Below, piece by piece: positions 1 through 7,535 of a stretch of 24,000 nt of DNA. The DNA comes from Bryobacteraceae bacterium. Its GTDB lineage: Bacteria > Acidobacteriota > Terriglobia > Bryobacterales > Bryobacteraceae. The notes beneath the pieces are model-generated. The model was not told where the DNA came from and ran no database searches. It worked only from the letters and a program-made list of their open reading frames with translations. A program made the position numbers and the translations under genes. Every line of letters begins with the position of its first letter. Position 1 is the first letter of the stretch. The stretch lies in the NCBI GenBank assembly GCA_049510555.1, contig JBEKYW010000009.1, positions 42,651 through 66,650 on the forward strand, in the 5' to 3' direction.

Positions 1-282
1 CGAGAATGCGTGCAGCACGTCGTAGACCTTGTGCGAGTAATCGCGGTAGCGGTCCGGGTGGCCGTCGACGAAAATGGCCTGGGGGCACAGCTTATACGCC
101 GTGCGCAGCGGCAGGGCCGAGTGGACGCCGAACTTGCGCGCGGCGTAGGATGCCGCCGAGACCACGCCGCGCTCGTCGGGCCGCCCGCCCACCACCACCG
201 GCTTGCCCTTGAGAGACGGGTCGTACAACTCTTCCACGGAGACGAAGAAAGCGTCCATATCCACGTGGAAGTAAGTCCGCAC
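1..282 (-). CDS. dinB: DNA polymerase IV (Y-family), N-terminal part. The gene continues past the left edge of the window.
   Basis: Absent from the ORF track because it runs off the window edge. Minus-strand translation from GTG at 280-282 gives MRTYFHVDMDAFFVSVEELYDPSLKGKPVVVGGRPDERGVVSAASYAARKFGVHSALPLRTAYKLCPQAIFVDG... This matches the Pol IV N-terminus (E. coli DinB has IIHVDMDCFFAAVE ... RGVISTANYPARKFGVRSAMP). An in-frame TGA at 292-294 bounds the start. Confidence 0.9.
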   Translation of the reverse strand, partial: MRTYFHVDMDAFFVSVEELYDPSLKGKPVVVGGRPDERGVVSAASYAARKFGVHSALPLRTAYKLCPQAIFVDGHPDRYRDYSHKVYDVLHAFS

Positions 283-392
283 GGCTGAGATTCATGGTAG
301 CGCGCCCTGCCAGCAGGAGCCTGGGAACACTCCAACCTTCCCCGGCTAGGAACCGGGTCTGGAGGGCGGTGAAATCGGCTGGCGGCGTGGCC

Positions 393-821
393 CTAGGTTG
401 CGGCCGGCTCCTTGTACAGCCACGCCCCCAAAATGGTGCCGACCACGTTTTCGACCAGCGACACCACGATCCCGATCCCGATCAGGTGGTAGGGAAACAG
501 GTGCATGGCAACGGGCGGTATGGACCCGAGCAGGGAAGCAAGAACCCAGACGGCAATGCCGGCGAACGCGGCCGTCTTGGGGCCAGGGCCCAGGCGCGGC
601 CGGAGGACTGCATAGAGCCACAGCGCGTAGATGCCGACCAGAAAGCCCCACAGCAAGAAAGCGGCTGTCGAATCGGCGCCCATGGCGGGCCGCTGCAATC
701 TGACTATGGCTCTTGTCCACTGGTCGCCCAGGATGAGACCGTTCTCGACGTACTCGCAGATATTGATCACCAGCCCGGCGAGTAAGCCGCCTAGGATCAC
801 GCGGTTCCAGTTAATCTTCAT
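393..821 (-). CDS. Small integral membrane protein of unknown family (142 aa, about 4 predicted TM helices)
   Basis: Track ORF 393..866, trimmed to the ATG at 821 (MKINWNRVILGGLLAGLVINI...). This ATG is preceded by AAAGGGG about 7 nt upstream. There are four long hydrophobic segments. I recognise no named family. Confidence 0.6.
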   Translation of the reverse strand: MKINWNRVILGGLLAGLVINICEYVENGLILGDQWTRAIVRLQRPAMGADSTAAFLLWGFLVGIYALWLYAVLRPRLGPGPKTAAFAGIAVWVLASLLGSIPPVAMHLFPYHLIGIGIVVSLVENVVGTILGAWLYKEPAAT

Positions 822-906
822 AATGTACCCCTTTGTCGCTTGCGGGCCGCGGGGAGCAGCCGGCAATACGGATCAGAATGGACTTGCGCTCTCGGTAAAG
901 AATGAC

Positions 907-932
907 CCGGATTTTCAACAGTGAAAACCCGG
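907..932 (-). terminator. Candidate intrinsic terminator of the padR-ABC operon
   Basis: The minus-strand RNA reads CCGGGUUUUC-ACUGUU-GAAAAUCCGG. That is a 10-bp stem whose single non-Watson-Crick pair is a G.U wobble on this strand only (A.C on the other strand). It is followed by GUCAUUCUUUA. It lies 83 nt downstream of the permease stop at 1015. Confidence 0.5.
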
Positions 933-1014
933 ACAGCGAATGTATACACCCTTTTGGGGCGCAATTCAAGAGAATTCGAGCGTGTGGGCCAAATTAGTTG
1001 GCCGGCGGGGACTC

Positions 1015-1785
1015 TCAGCTCACGGCTTTGCGGCGGAACCGGTTCAGCCCAGCCGCCAGCAGGACCAGATCGATCAGAAGCAGCGCTCCCAAAACCACCG
1101 CCATGTGGATGTGCGGGGACTGCGGGGCGAGCGCGCCGCGCAACCCTTCGCTGGCGTAGACCAGCGGGTTGACCAGGACGGCGATTTGGAGCGCCGGGAA
1201 GGCCTTGAGGTAGCTCCACGGATAGTAGGCGCAGCCGAACATCATCATGGGCGCCAGCACCAGGCTGAACATGAGGCCGATCTGGGTCTGGCCCACGCTG
1301 CACCCGAGCGTGAGGCCGCCGGCCGCCGAGAAGAAGGCGACCAGCAAGCACACCGCCGCGAAGACGAACGGCTGGTGGAAACTGAGGTTTACCCCGGAGC
1401 CCATCAGCAGCCACCCGGCCGGAATGACCACCAGGCCGGCGACGAGCGCCTGGATCATGCCCGCGATCACCTTTTCCACGGCTAGCCAGCCAATCTCCAT
1501 GGGCGCCAGCAGGCGGTCTTCGATCTCGCGGGTGAACTGGAACTCGGTGATCAGCGGCATGGCCACCGCCTGGATGCCCGAGAGCACCATGCAAATGGCC
1601 ATGATGCCCGGCAGGAGCAAAGTCTTGTACTCCGGCCGCATCATGCCGCCGGTGGTCATGATGCGGCCGAAGACAAAGACGAACAGGAGCGGCTGCAAAA
1701 GGTTTTGCAGCAGCATGGGAAACAGGTTGCGGCGGGCCACATGCCCGTCGCGCGAGAGCATGGCGAAGAAGGTTTTCCAGTTCAA
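1015..1785 (-). CDS. ABC-2 type transporter permease
   Basis: 256-aa polytopic membrane protein (MNWKTFFAMLSRDGHVARRNLFPMLLQNLLQPLLFVFVFG...). The start is a TTG that overlaps the upstream ATPase stop (TTGA at 1782-1785). The architecture is typical of a DrrB/NodJ-like ABC-2 permease. Confidence 0.85.
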   Translation of the reverse strand: MNWKTFFAMLSRDGHVARRNLFPMLLQNLLQPLLFVFVFGRIMTTGGMMRPEYKTLLLPGIMAICMVLSGIQAVAMPLITEFQFTREIEDRLLAPMEIGWLAVEKVIAGMIQALVAGLVVIPAGWLLMGSGVNLSFHQPFVFAAVCLLVAFFSAAGGLTLGCSVGQTQIGLMFSLVLAPMMMFGCAYYPWSYLKAFPALQIAVLVNPLVYASEGLRGALAPQSPHIHMAVVLGALLLIDLVLLAAGLNRFRRKAVS

Positions 1786-2891
1786 TCGCGCAAACTCCTT
1801 CCGGTGTGATGCAGGAACAGGGTTTCGAGACTGGGCTCGGCGATGTGCACGTCGTGGAGTTCGACGCCCGCAGCCTGAGCCGCGTTGACGATGGCGGGGA
1901 TGAGCGGCCCTCCGCGGTCGGCGTAAACATCGACGCCGGTGTCATCCGTCGAGCCCTTGGCAAGGCCGCACTGCGCCTCTGGCGCCGCAGCCCCGCTCCA
2001 TTGGAGAGAGGAACGGTGAGAACTTGTTGCCGGAGATCGCACTTCGGTCACGCCGGGCAGTTTCTGCAATTCGGCCACCAACTCGTCGGGCACACGGCTG
2101 AATCGCAGGCGCAGCAGGTATCCGCCAGGGATGGACGATTTGAGCTCCTTGGGCGTTCCCTGCGCGATGATACGGCCGTGGTCGATGATGGCGAGCCGGT
2201 CGCACAAAGAGTCGGCCTCTTCCATGTAGTGGGTGGTGATCACGATGGTTTTCCCGAGGCGGTTGTAATCGCGGACGATCTCCCACAGCAGCAGGCGCGT
2301 CTGCGGATCGAGACCGGCGCTGGGCTCGTCGAGGAAGAGCACTTCGGGATCGTGCATCATGGCGCGGGCGATGGAGAGGCGCTGCATCATGCCGCCGGAA
2401 AAGGTCCGCACCATGTGATCGGCGCGGTCGGTCAGCTTGAACTTGTCGAGCAGCTCGCCGGCGCGCCGCTCGCGCTCGCGCGCGCTCAGCCCGAAGTAGG
2501 CGCCGTGGAACAGCAGGATCTCGCGGGCGGTGAGGGCGAAATCCAGGTTGGGGCGCTGCGGCACCACGCCGATCAGCCGCTTGGCCTTCACCTGCGCCTT
2601 CCAGACGTCGTGCTCGCCAACGAAGACGCGCCCGCTGGTAGGCTTGGCGCGGGTGGTGAGGACGGCGATGGTGGTGGTTTTGCCCGCGCCGTTCGGCCCG
2701 AGGATTCCGAACACCTCGCCAGGACGAATCTCCAGCGAAATGCCATCGAGCGCCTTGACCTCGTACTTCTTCTTCTTGTCCTTGGGACCGGTCCGGGCAC
2801 CGCCCCAGGAGAAGGCGGCCGCCCGCGCCGCCATCGGCGGCGGTGTGTCGTACACTTTGTGAAGCTCTTCAATGCGAATGCCGATTGCCAT
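1782..2891 (-). CDS. ABC transporter ATP-binding protein (DrrA-like, ABC-2 subfamily)
   Basis: Motifs seen: Walker A GPNGAGKTTT, signature FSGGMMQRLSIA, Walker B VLFLDEPSAGLD, H-loop TTHYMEEA. GGAGGG lies about 5 nt upstream of the ATG. It carries two insertions relative to its paralog at 6352-7296. Confidence 0.93.
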   Translation of the reverse strand: MAIGIRIEELHKVYDTPPPMAARAAAFSWGGARTGPKDKKKKYEVKALDGISLEIRPGEVFGILGPNGAGKTTTIAVLTTRAKPTSGRVFVGEHDVWKAQVKAKRLIGVVPQRPNLDFALTAREILLFHGAYFGLSARERERRAGELLDKFKLTDRADHMVRTFSGGMMQRLSIARAMMHDPEVLFLDEPSAGLDPQTRLLLWEIVRDYNRLGKTIVITTHYMEEADSLCDRLAIIDHGRIIAQGTPKELKSSIPGGYLLRLRFSRVPDELVAELQKLPGVTEVRSPATSSHRSSLQWSGAAAPEAQCGLAKGSTDDTGVDVYADRGGPLIPAIVNAAQAAGVELHDVHIAEPSLETLFLHHTGRSLRD

Positions 2892-2915
2892 GCGTCCCTC
2901 CGCCGCGTGACCCTG

Positions 2916-3434
2916 TCAGAGCTGTTCCAGCTCGTGGCGCGCGCGGTCCAAGATGTCGCGGACGCGCTCCGCGCCTGCTCGGGGGACCGCCCGCAGGCTG
3001 GCCTTCATGACCGAGGCCAGCGGTCCCCACATCATCATCGCTTCGGGCCCCATGAACTGGCCCCAATCTTCCCAGCGGCCCGCCCGTTCCCAGATGCGGC
3101 GGACGCCGTCGGGGTCCTTTTCGAGCTCCCGGCGGCCGGCTTCGGTGAGCTTGTAGACCCGCTTGCCGTTCTGCTGATCGGCCTCGATGAACTCTTCGTC
3201 TTCGAGCTGCTGAAGGGTGGGATAGACGCTCCCTGCGCTGGCGCGGTAGAGGCCGCCCGAGCGCTCGGCCATTTCCTTCATCAACTGGTAGCCGTGCTTG
3301 GGACCTTCGCCGAGCAGCGACAGGATCGCCAGGCGGATTTCACCGGACTCGAAAAAACGCCCCCGGCGGCCAAAGGCAAAGGCCGCCCATGGCCAGGAGT
3401 GGCTTTCGGAGTGCGACCAGGATTCCTTGCTCAT
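2916..3434 (-). CDS. PadR family transcriptional regulator
   Basis: Winged-helix core RLAILSLLGEGPKHGYQLMKEMAERSGGLYRASAGSVYPTLQQLEDEEFIEADQQNGKRVYKLTEAGRRELE is a textbook PadR signature. It is the first gene of the padR-ATPase-permease string, 24 nt from the ATPase. Confidence 0.9.
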   Translation of the reverse strand: MSKESWSHSESHSWPWAAFAFGRRGRFFESGEIRLAILSLLGEGPKHGYQLMKEMAERSGGLYRASAGSVYPTLQQLEDEEFIEADQQNGKRVYKLTEAGRRELEKDPDGVRRIWERAGRWEDWGQFMGPEAMMMWGPLASVMKASLRAVPRAGAERVRDILDRARHELEQL

Positions 3435-3466
3435 GATATATCTTACGATACATCAAAAGGAATATC
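3435..3466 (-). promoter_or_regulatory. AT-rich island abutting the padR start codon. Candidate promoter or PadR operator, possibly giving a leaderless transcript.
   Basis: A 32-nt AT-rich stretch in otherwise GC-rich DNA. It contains GATATATC (3435-3442, a perfect palindrome) and GATACATC (3447-3454), separated by 4 nt. On the minus strand TAAGAT sits 5 nt before the ATG, and there is no Shine-Dalgarno sequence. Confidence 0.3.
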
Positions 3467-3468
3467 GG

Positions 3469-3487
3469 CGCAAGGGGGCGGCTTGCG
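3469..3487 (-). terminator. Candidate terminator hairpin downstream of motB
   Basis: The minus-strand RNA reads CGCAAG-CCGCCCC-CUUGCG followed by CCGAUAUUCCUUUUG. A second, larger hairpin lies at 3496-3528 (GCCAGCGA ... UCGCUGGC, 8-bp stem), closer to the motB stop. Confidence 0.35.
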
Positions 3488-3545
3488 GCTCGGTAGCCAG
3501 CGATACCGCCCGCGGCGCCGTCGCTGGCACAACTGGCCGAGACCC

Positions 3546-4307
3546 TCAGCGGCCGGCGTCCCCCACGAACTTCACCACCAGCGAGATCCGGCGGTTGCGG
3601 GGGTCGTTCGGGTCGGCGGGGTTCAGCAGCTTCTGATGGGCGAAGCCGCGCACCTCAACCGCTTGTTCCGGGCGCACCCCGTAGGCATGTAGCAGGCGGC
3701 GCGCGGCGTTGGCGCGGTCCGCGGAGAGCTCCCAGTTGCCATAGCCGCTGGAAGGGTCAACATTGCGAAACGGCCGCGCGTCGGTATGGCCTTCAATCAC
3801 CACGGCGTTGGGCATCTTGCCGATCTCTCCGGCGAGCACCTCCAGCAGGCGTTCGCCGGCACTGGTGGGGATGGGGCTGCCGGTGACAAAGAACAGGCCC
3901 TGCTCGGTCTCCACCAGGTCAATGCGCAGGCCCTCGTTCGAGACGCTGAACTTGATGTTGTCGCGGATCTTGCGGAACTCCGGCATCTGTTCGAGGGCCT
4001 GTTCGATGCGCTTCTGGATGTCCTCGACGTTCTCGCGGTGCACCACCACTTCTTCGGCGGAGTTGGCGGAGTTGGCGTTGAGTTTGCTCATGTATCCGCG
4101 GGGATCTTTAAAATATCCGCTGACGGAAGCCTTCACCTTCTCGCTGCTGTTCATCAGCCATAGCACGATGAACAGCGCCATCAGCGCGGTGACGAAATCG
4201 GCATAGGCCACTTTCCAGGCGCCGCCGCCGTGCTTCCGCTGGTACATGTGGCGAATGCGCACTTCCACCGGCGGCGCCGGCGCGTCAGGCGGGCTGGACT
4301 TCCACAT
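3546..4307 (-). CDS. motB: Flagellar motor stator protein MotB (OmpA-like peptidoglycan-binding C-terminal domain)
   Basis: HGGGAWKVAYADFVTALMALFIVLWLM matches the E. coli MotB TM/plug region ([24 protein letters not shown]) and includes the conserved proton-binding Asp. The OmpA-like C-terminus reads VVIEGHTDARP...NWELSADRANAARRLL. I chose the ATG at 4307 (GGAG 9 nt upstream, 23-nt overlap with motA). An alternative ATG is at 4247. The track ORF extends spuriously to 4517. Confidence 0.85.
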   Translation of the reverse strand: MWKSSPPDAPAPPVEVRIRHMYQRKHGGGAWKVAYADFVTALMALFIVLWLMNSSEKVKASVSGYFKDPRGYMSKLNANSANSAEEVVVHRENVEDIQKRIEQALEQMPEFRKIRDNIKFSVSNEGLRIDLVETEQGLFFVTGSPIPTSAGERLLEVLAGEIGKMPNAVVIEGHTDARPFRNVDPSSGYGNWELSADRANAARRLLHAYGVRPEQAVEVRGFAHQKLLNPADPNDPRNRRISLVVKFVGDAGR

Positions 4308-5244
4308 GGGCGGTCTCCGGAACGGACGGTTTCGGCGCGGCGGGAATCGGGACGGCCTCCGGGATGCCCGGCTTCGGCACGGCTGGAATCCTGGCGTCGC
4401 GCTTGATGGTGATCTCCATTTCGAGGAACGACGGGCGCAGTTCCGCGGGAATCGACCGGCGCGCGTATTCCACCGCCAGGATGGGCGACGATCCGCGGGC
4501 GAAAGCCACGATGGCAATGCGCAGCACCTGAAGGAATTGCGTCTCGGTCCCGCTCATGTTTTCCATGCGCGCGGCCACCGGCCCCACCACCCCGTAACAC
4601 CCAAAGATGCCCAGGAAGGTCCCCACCAGCGCGGCCGCGATCTTCTCGCCGACGGTCTCGGGCGCCCCGCCGATGGCCTCCATGGTGATCACCACGCCCA
4701 GCACCGCGGCCACGATGCCCAGCCCGGGCAGGGCATCGGCAACCGTGCTCAAGCCGTTCACCGGCTCGTGCCGGCCCTGCCGCTGAACCTCGATATCGAG
4801 GTCCATCAACTGGTCCAGTTCGTGCGGCGTGGTGACGCCGATCACCAGCATGCGCAGGGAATCGCAAACGAAATCGCGCGTGGGCTGGTCCGCGAGGAAT
4901 TCGGGATAGTTGCGGAAGATCCGGCTAGTGGCCGGATTTTCCACGTCGTTCTCCAGATCGACGATGCCCGCGCGCTGCACGAAGCCGAATACTTCGTACA
5001 GCATGCGGAGGTAGCGAAGGAAGGAATGACAGGTATGGACCGGCGGCCGGAAGGCGGCGAAGGCGCCGCGCGCCATCTTGCGCATGACATCCGGTGGGTT
5101 GGCCACTACCACGATGCCAATGGCGGCTCCCCCCACGATGAGCAGCTCCGCCGGCTGCATCAGGACATAGGGGTTCCCCCGTTCCAGAAGGAAGCCGCCA
5201 AAGACGGCCAAGAGAACCACGGCGATACCGAGAAGGGCGAGCAT
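4285..5244 (-). CDS. motA: Flagellar motor stator protein MotA (MotA/TolQ/ExbB proton channel family)
   Basis: The N-terminus MLALLGIAVVLLAVFGGFLLERG resembles E. coli MLILLGYLVVLGTVFGGYLMTGG. The conserved channel segments ALPGLGIVAAVLGVV and AALVGTFLGIFGCYGVVGPVA contain the two conserved prolines. It carries an extra Pro-rich C-terminal tail. Confidence 0.9.
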   Translation of the reverse strand: MLALLGIAVVLLAVFGGFLLERGNPYVLMQPAELLIVGGAAIGIVVVANPPDVMRKMARGAFAAFRPPVHTCHSFLRYLRMLYEVFGFVQRAGIVDLENDVENPATSRIFRNYPEFLADQPTRDFVCDSLRMLVIGVTTPHELDQLMDLDIEVQRQGRHEPVNGLSTVADALPGLGIVAAVLGVVITMEAIGGAPETVGEKIAAALVGTFLGIFGCYGVVGPVAARMENMSGTETQFLQVLRIAIVAFARGSSPILAVEYARRSIPAELRPSFLEMEITIKRDARIPAVPKPGIPEAVPIPAAPKPSVPETAHVEVQPA

Positions 5245-5285
5245 AAGTGTGGGACCGGCATGGATTAGCTAGATTTCCAGTTTCC

Positions 5286-5293
5286 TTATCGGC
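5286..5293 (-). promoter_or_regulatory. Sigma-28 (FliA)-type -10 element GCCGATAA upstream of motA
   Basis: The minus strand reads GCCGATAA, an exact 8/8 match to the FliA/SigD -10 consensus. It lies 42 nt upstream of the motA ATG and 26 nt downstream of the preceding permease stop. The corresponding -35 is poor: tcag at N15 where TAAA is expected. Confidence 0.4.
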
Positions 5294-5318
5294 CAGAACC
5301 GGAAGAGTCTGAGGCCGC

Positions 5319-6351
5319 CTACCGCCAGCGGAACAGCTTCAGCGCCAGGGTGAAGCAGACCACCAACCACGCCCCCAGCACGCCCAACTGCGGAGCCACT
5401 TGCGCCAAGTTCGCGCCCTGCAACATGTTGGCGCGCAAGGCGTCGATCACCGCGGTCAGCGGAAGCGCCCGGATCATGGGTTGCAGCACGCCCGGAAAGC
5501 GCTGTGCCGAGAAGAACACGCCGGAGACGATCCACATCGGCATCATCGCCGTATTCATCAGGCCGGAGGCGGCTTCGATGGTCTTGGCGCGCGAAGCAAT
5601 CAGCAATCCCAGGGCGCTGAAGGCCAGCGATCCCAAGACACACAGCACCGCCAGATCGGGAATGGAACCGCGCACCGGCACCTGGAATACCCAGGCGCCG
5701 AACCCCAGCAGCACCCCCACTTCCACCACCAGCAGCAACAGCCGCGCCAGCACGAACGAAAGCAGGTAGTAATGCCGCGGCATGGGGGTCGCCACCAGGC
5801 GCTTCATGAGCTTCTTTCGCCGCGCGTCCACAATCGCGAACCCCATCCCCCAGATGGCGCTGCCCATCAGGTTCATTCCCAGCAGGCCGGGGAGCAGGAA
5901 ATCGATATAGCGCGAGCCCGGCTCGCGCATCAGCCGGTCGCTGGAAGCCACCGGGTCCGCGCGGCCCGCCGCCCGCTCGATGGCGCGATCGGCCAGCATG
6001 CGCGCGGTCCGTCCCTCGGGGTTGGTGTCGTCGTAGCGGTACACCACCGCCCCGCCGGGTCCCGGCGCGGCCAGCAGCGCCACCTTGCCCGTGCGAAGCG
6101 CTTCTTCGGCGGCCGGGGCGGATAGCCGCTCGACATCGAGAAGTTTTTCCTGCCGGAGCGACCGGGCCAGTTCCGGCGTCACGGCGGCAACCTTGAGCAC
6201 GTCCGGGGGACGGTTGCGGAAGGCTAGCCCCAGGCCGGCGGCCAGAAGGACCGGGAAGACAAACACCCAGAAGATGGCCTCGGGCTCGCGCCAGAATTCG
6301 CGGAACCGCACCAGGGTCAACTGCACCAGCGGACCGTCCGCCCACGTGGTG

Positions 6352-6359
<8 letters not shown>
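5319..6359 (-). CDS. ABC-2 type transporter permease with a large extracytoplasmic loop (YbhS/YhhJ-like architecture)
   Basis: 346 aa. An N-terminal TM helix is followed by a roughly 120-aa soluble loop and then 5 TM helices (ABC2_membrane-like, ...LMKRLVATPMPRHYYLLSFVLARLLLL...). It overlaps the upstream ATPase by 8 nt. Confidence 0.85.
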
Positions 6360-7296
<937 letters not shown>

Positions 7297-7535
7297 ATGC
7301 TTAGTATCGCGTGGATCCGGTGGAGGCGCTGCGGGCCGGGTAATGCTCGTCCGCGGCTGGCGCGCGAAATGATAATATGGCTCTACCGACACGGAAACCT
7401 GCTCGGATGGCGCGATCCCACTGACCTGATCGGTAGCCGCAGACTGCTTGCCGGAGAAAGGTAGCACCAGCGGTCCGACGCGACGTTGGAAACGGTAAAT
7501 ACCTGCGGATCCTGCTATATAACCCCGACAATGGC

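Noticed and set aside
283-392. Search for a LexA (SOS) box upstream of dinB, for example GTTC-N7-GTTC or CTGT-N8-ACAG types
   Set aside because: No such motif is present. The region holds only two GGAAC pentamers 25 nt apart and a weak 5-bp hairpin, so nothing supports an SOS operator.
1806-3692. 628-aa + strand ORF spanning the ABC ATPase, padR and the motB 3' end
   Set aside because: It lies antisense to three genes that have unmistakable family motifs. The translation is Arg/Ala/Gly/His-rich low-complexity sequence with no recognisable domain. This is a typical shadow ORF of GC-rich DNA.
3546-5244. motAB as a Zorya-like (ZorAB) anti-phage module, or as part of a Gld-type gliding machine with the adjacent ABC-2 transporter
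   Set aside because: MotA here is canonical in size (319 aa) and lacks the long ZorA-type C-terminal coiled-coil. No ZorC/D/E-like nuclease or helicase genes follow it. No GldG-like partner is present. A FliA-type -10 box separates motAB from the ABC genes. An ordinary flagellar stator is the more economical reading.
7297-7464. 56-codon + strand ORF (MLSIAWIRWRRCGPGNARPRLAREMIIWLYRHGNLLGWRDPTDLIGSRRLLAGER) just upstream of the radical SAM gene, considered as a possible RiPP precursor
   Set aside because: It has no Shine-Dalgarno sequence and no leader/core-like organisation, and its composition is typical of random GC-rich translation. It is simply the tail of a long antisense ORF (6085..7464). 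No other RiPP genes (protease, transporter, RRE) are adjacent. It could be revisited only if the peptide proves conserved in relatives.
7297-7535. Possible cobalamin riboswitch in the 239-nt region upstream of the B12-dependent radical SAM gene (CCCACTG at about 7407-7413 and AGCCGCAGACTGCTTGCC at about 7434-7451 loosely resemble GCCACTG and the B12 box)
   Set aside because: The matches are partial. The other conserved cores (GGGAA, GGTG..AATCC, GCAACGGTAA in the correct order) are missing. B12 riboswitches normally control B12 supply or B12-independent isozymes, not B12-dependent enzymes. An Infernal scan with RF00174 would settle the question, and I expect no hit.
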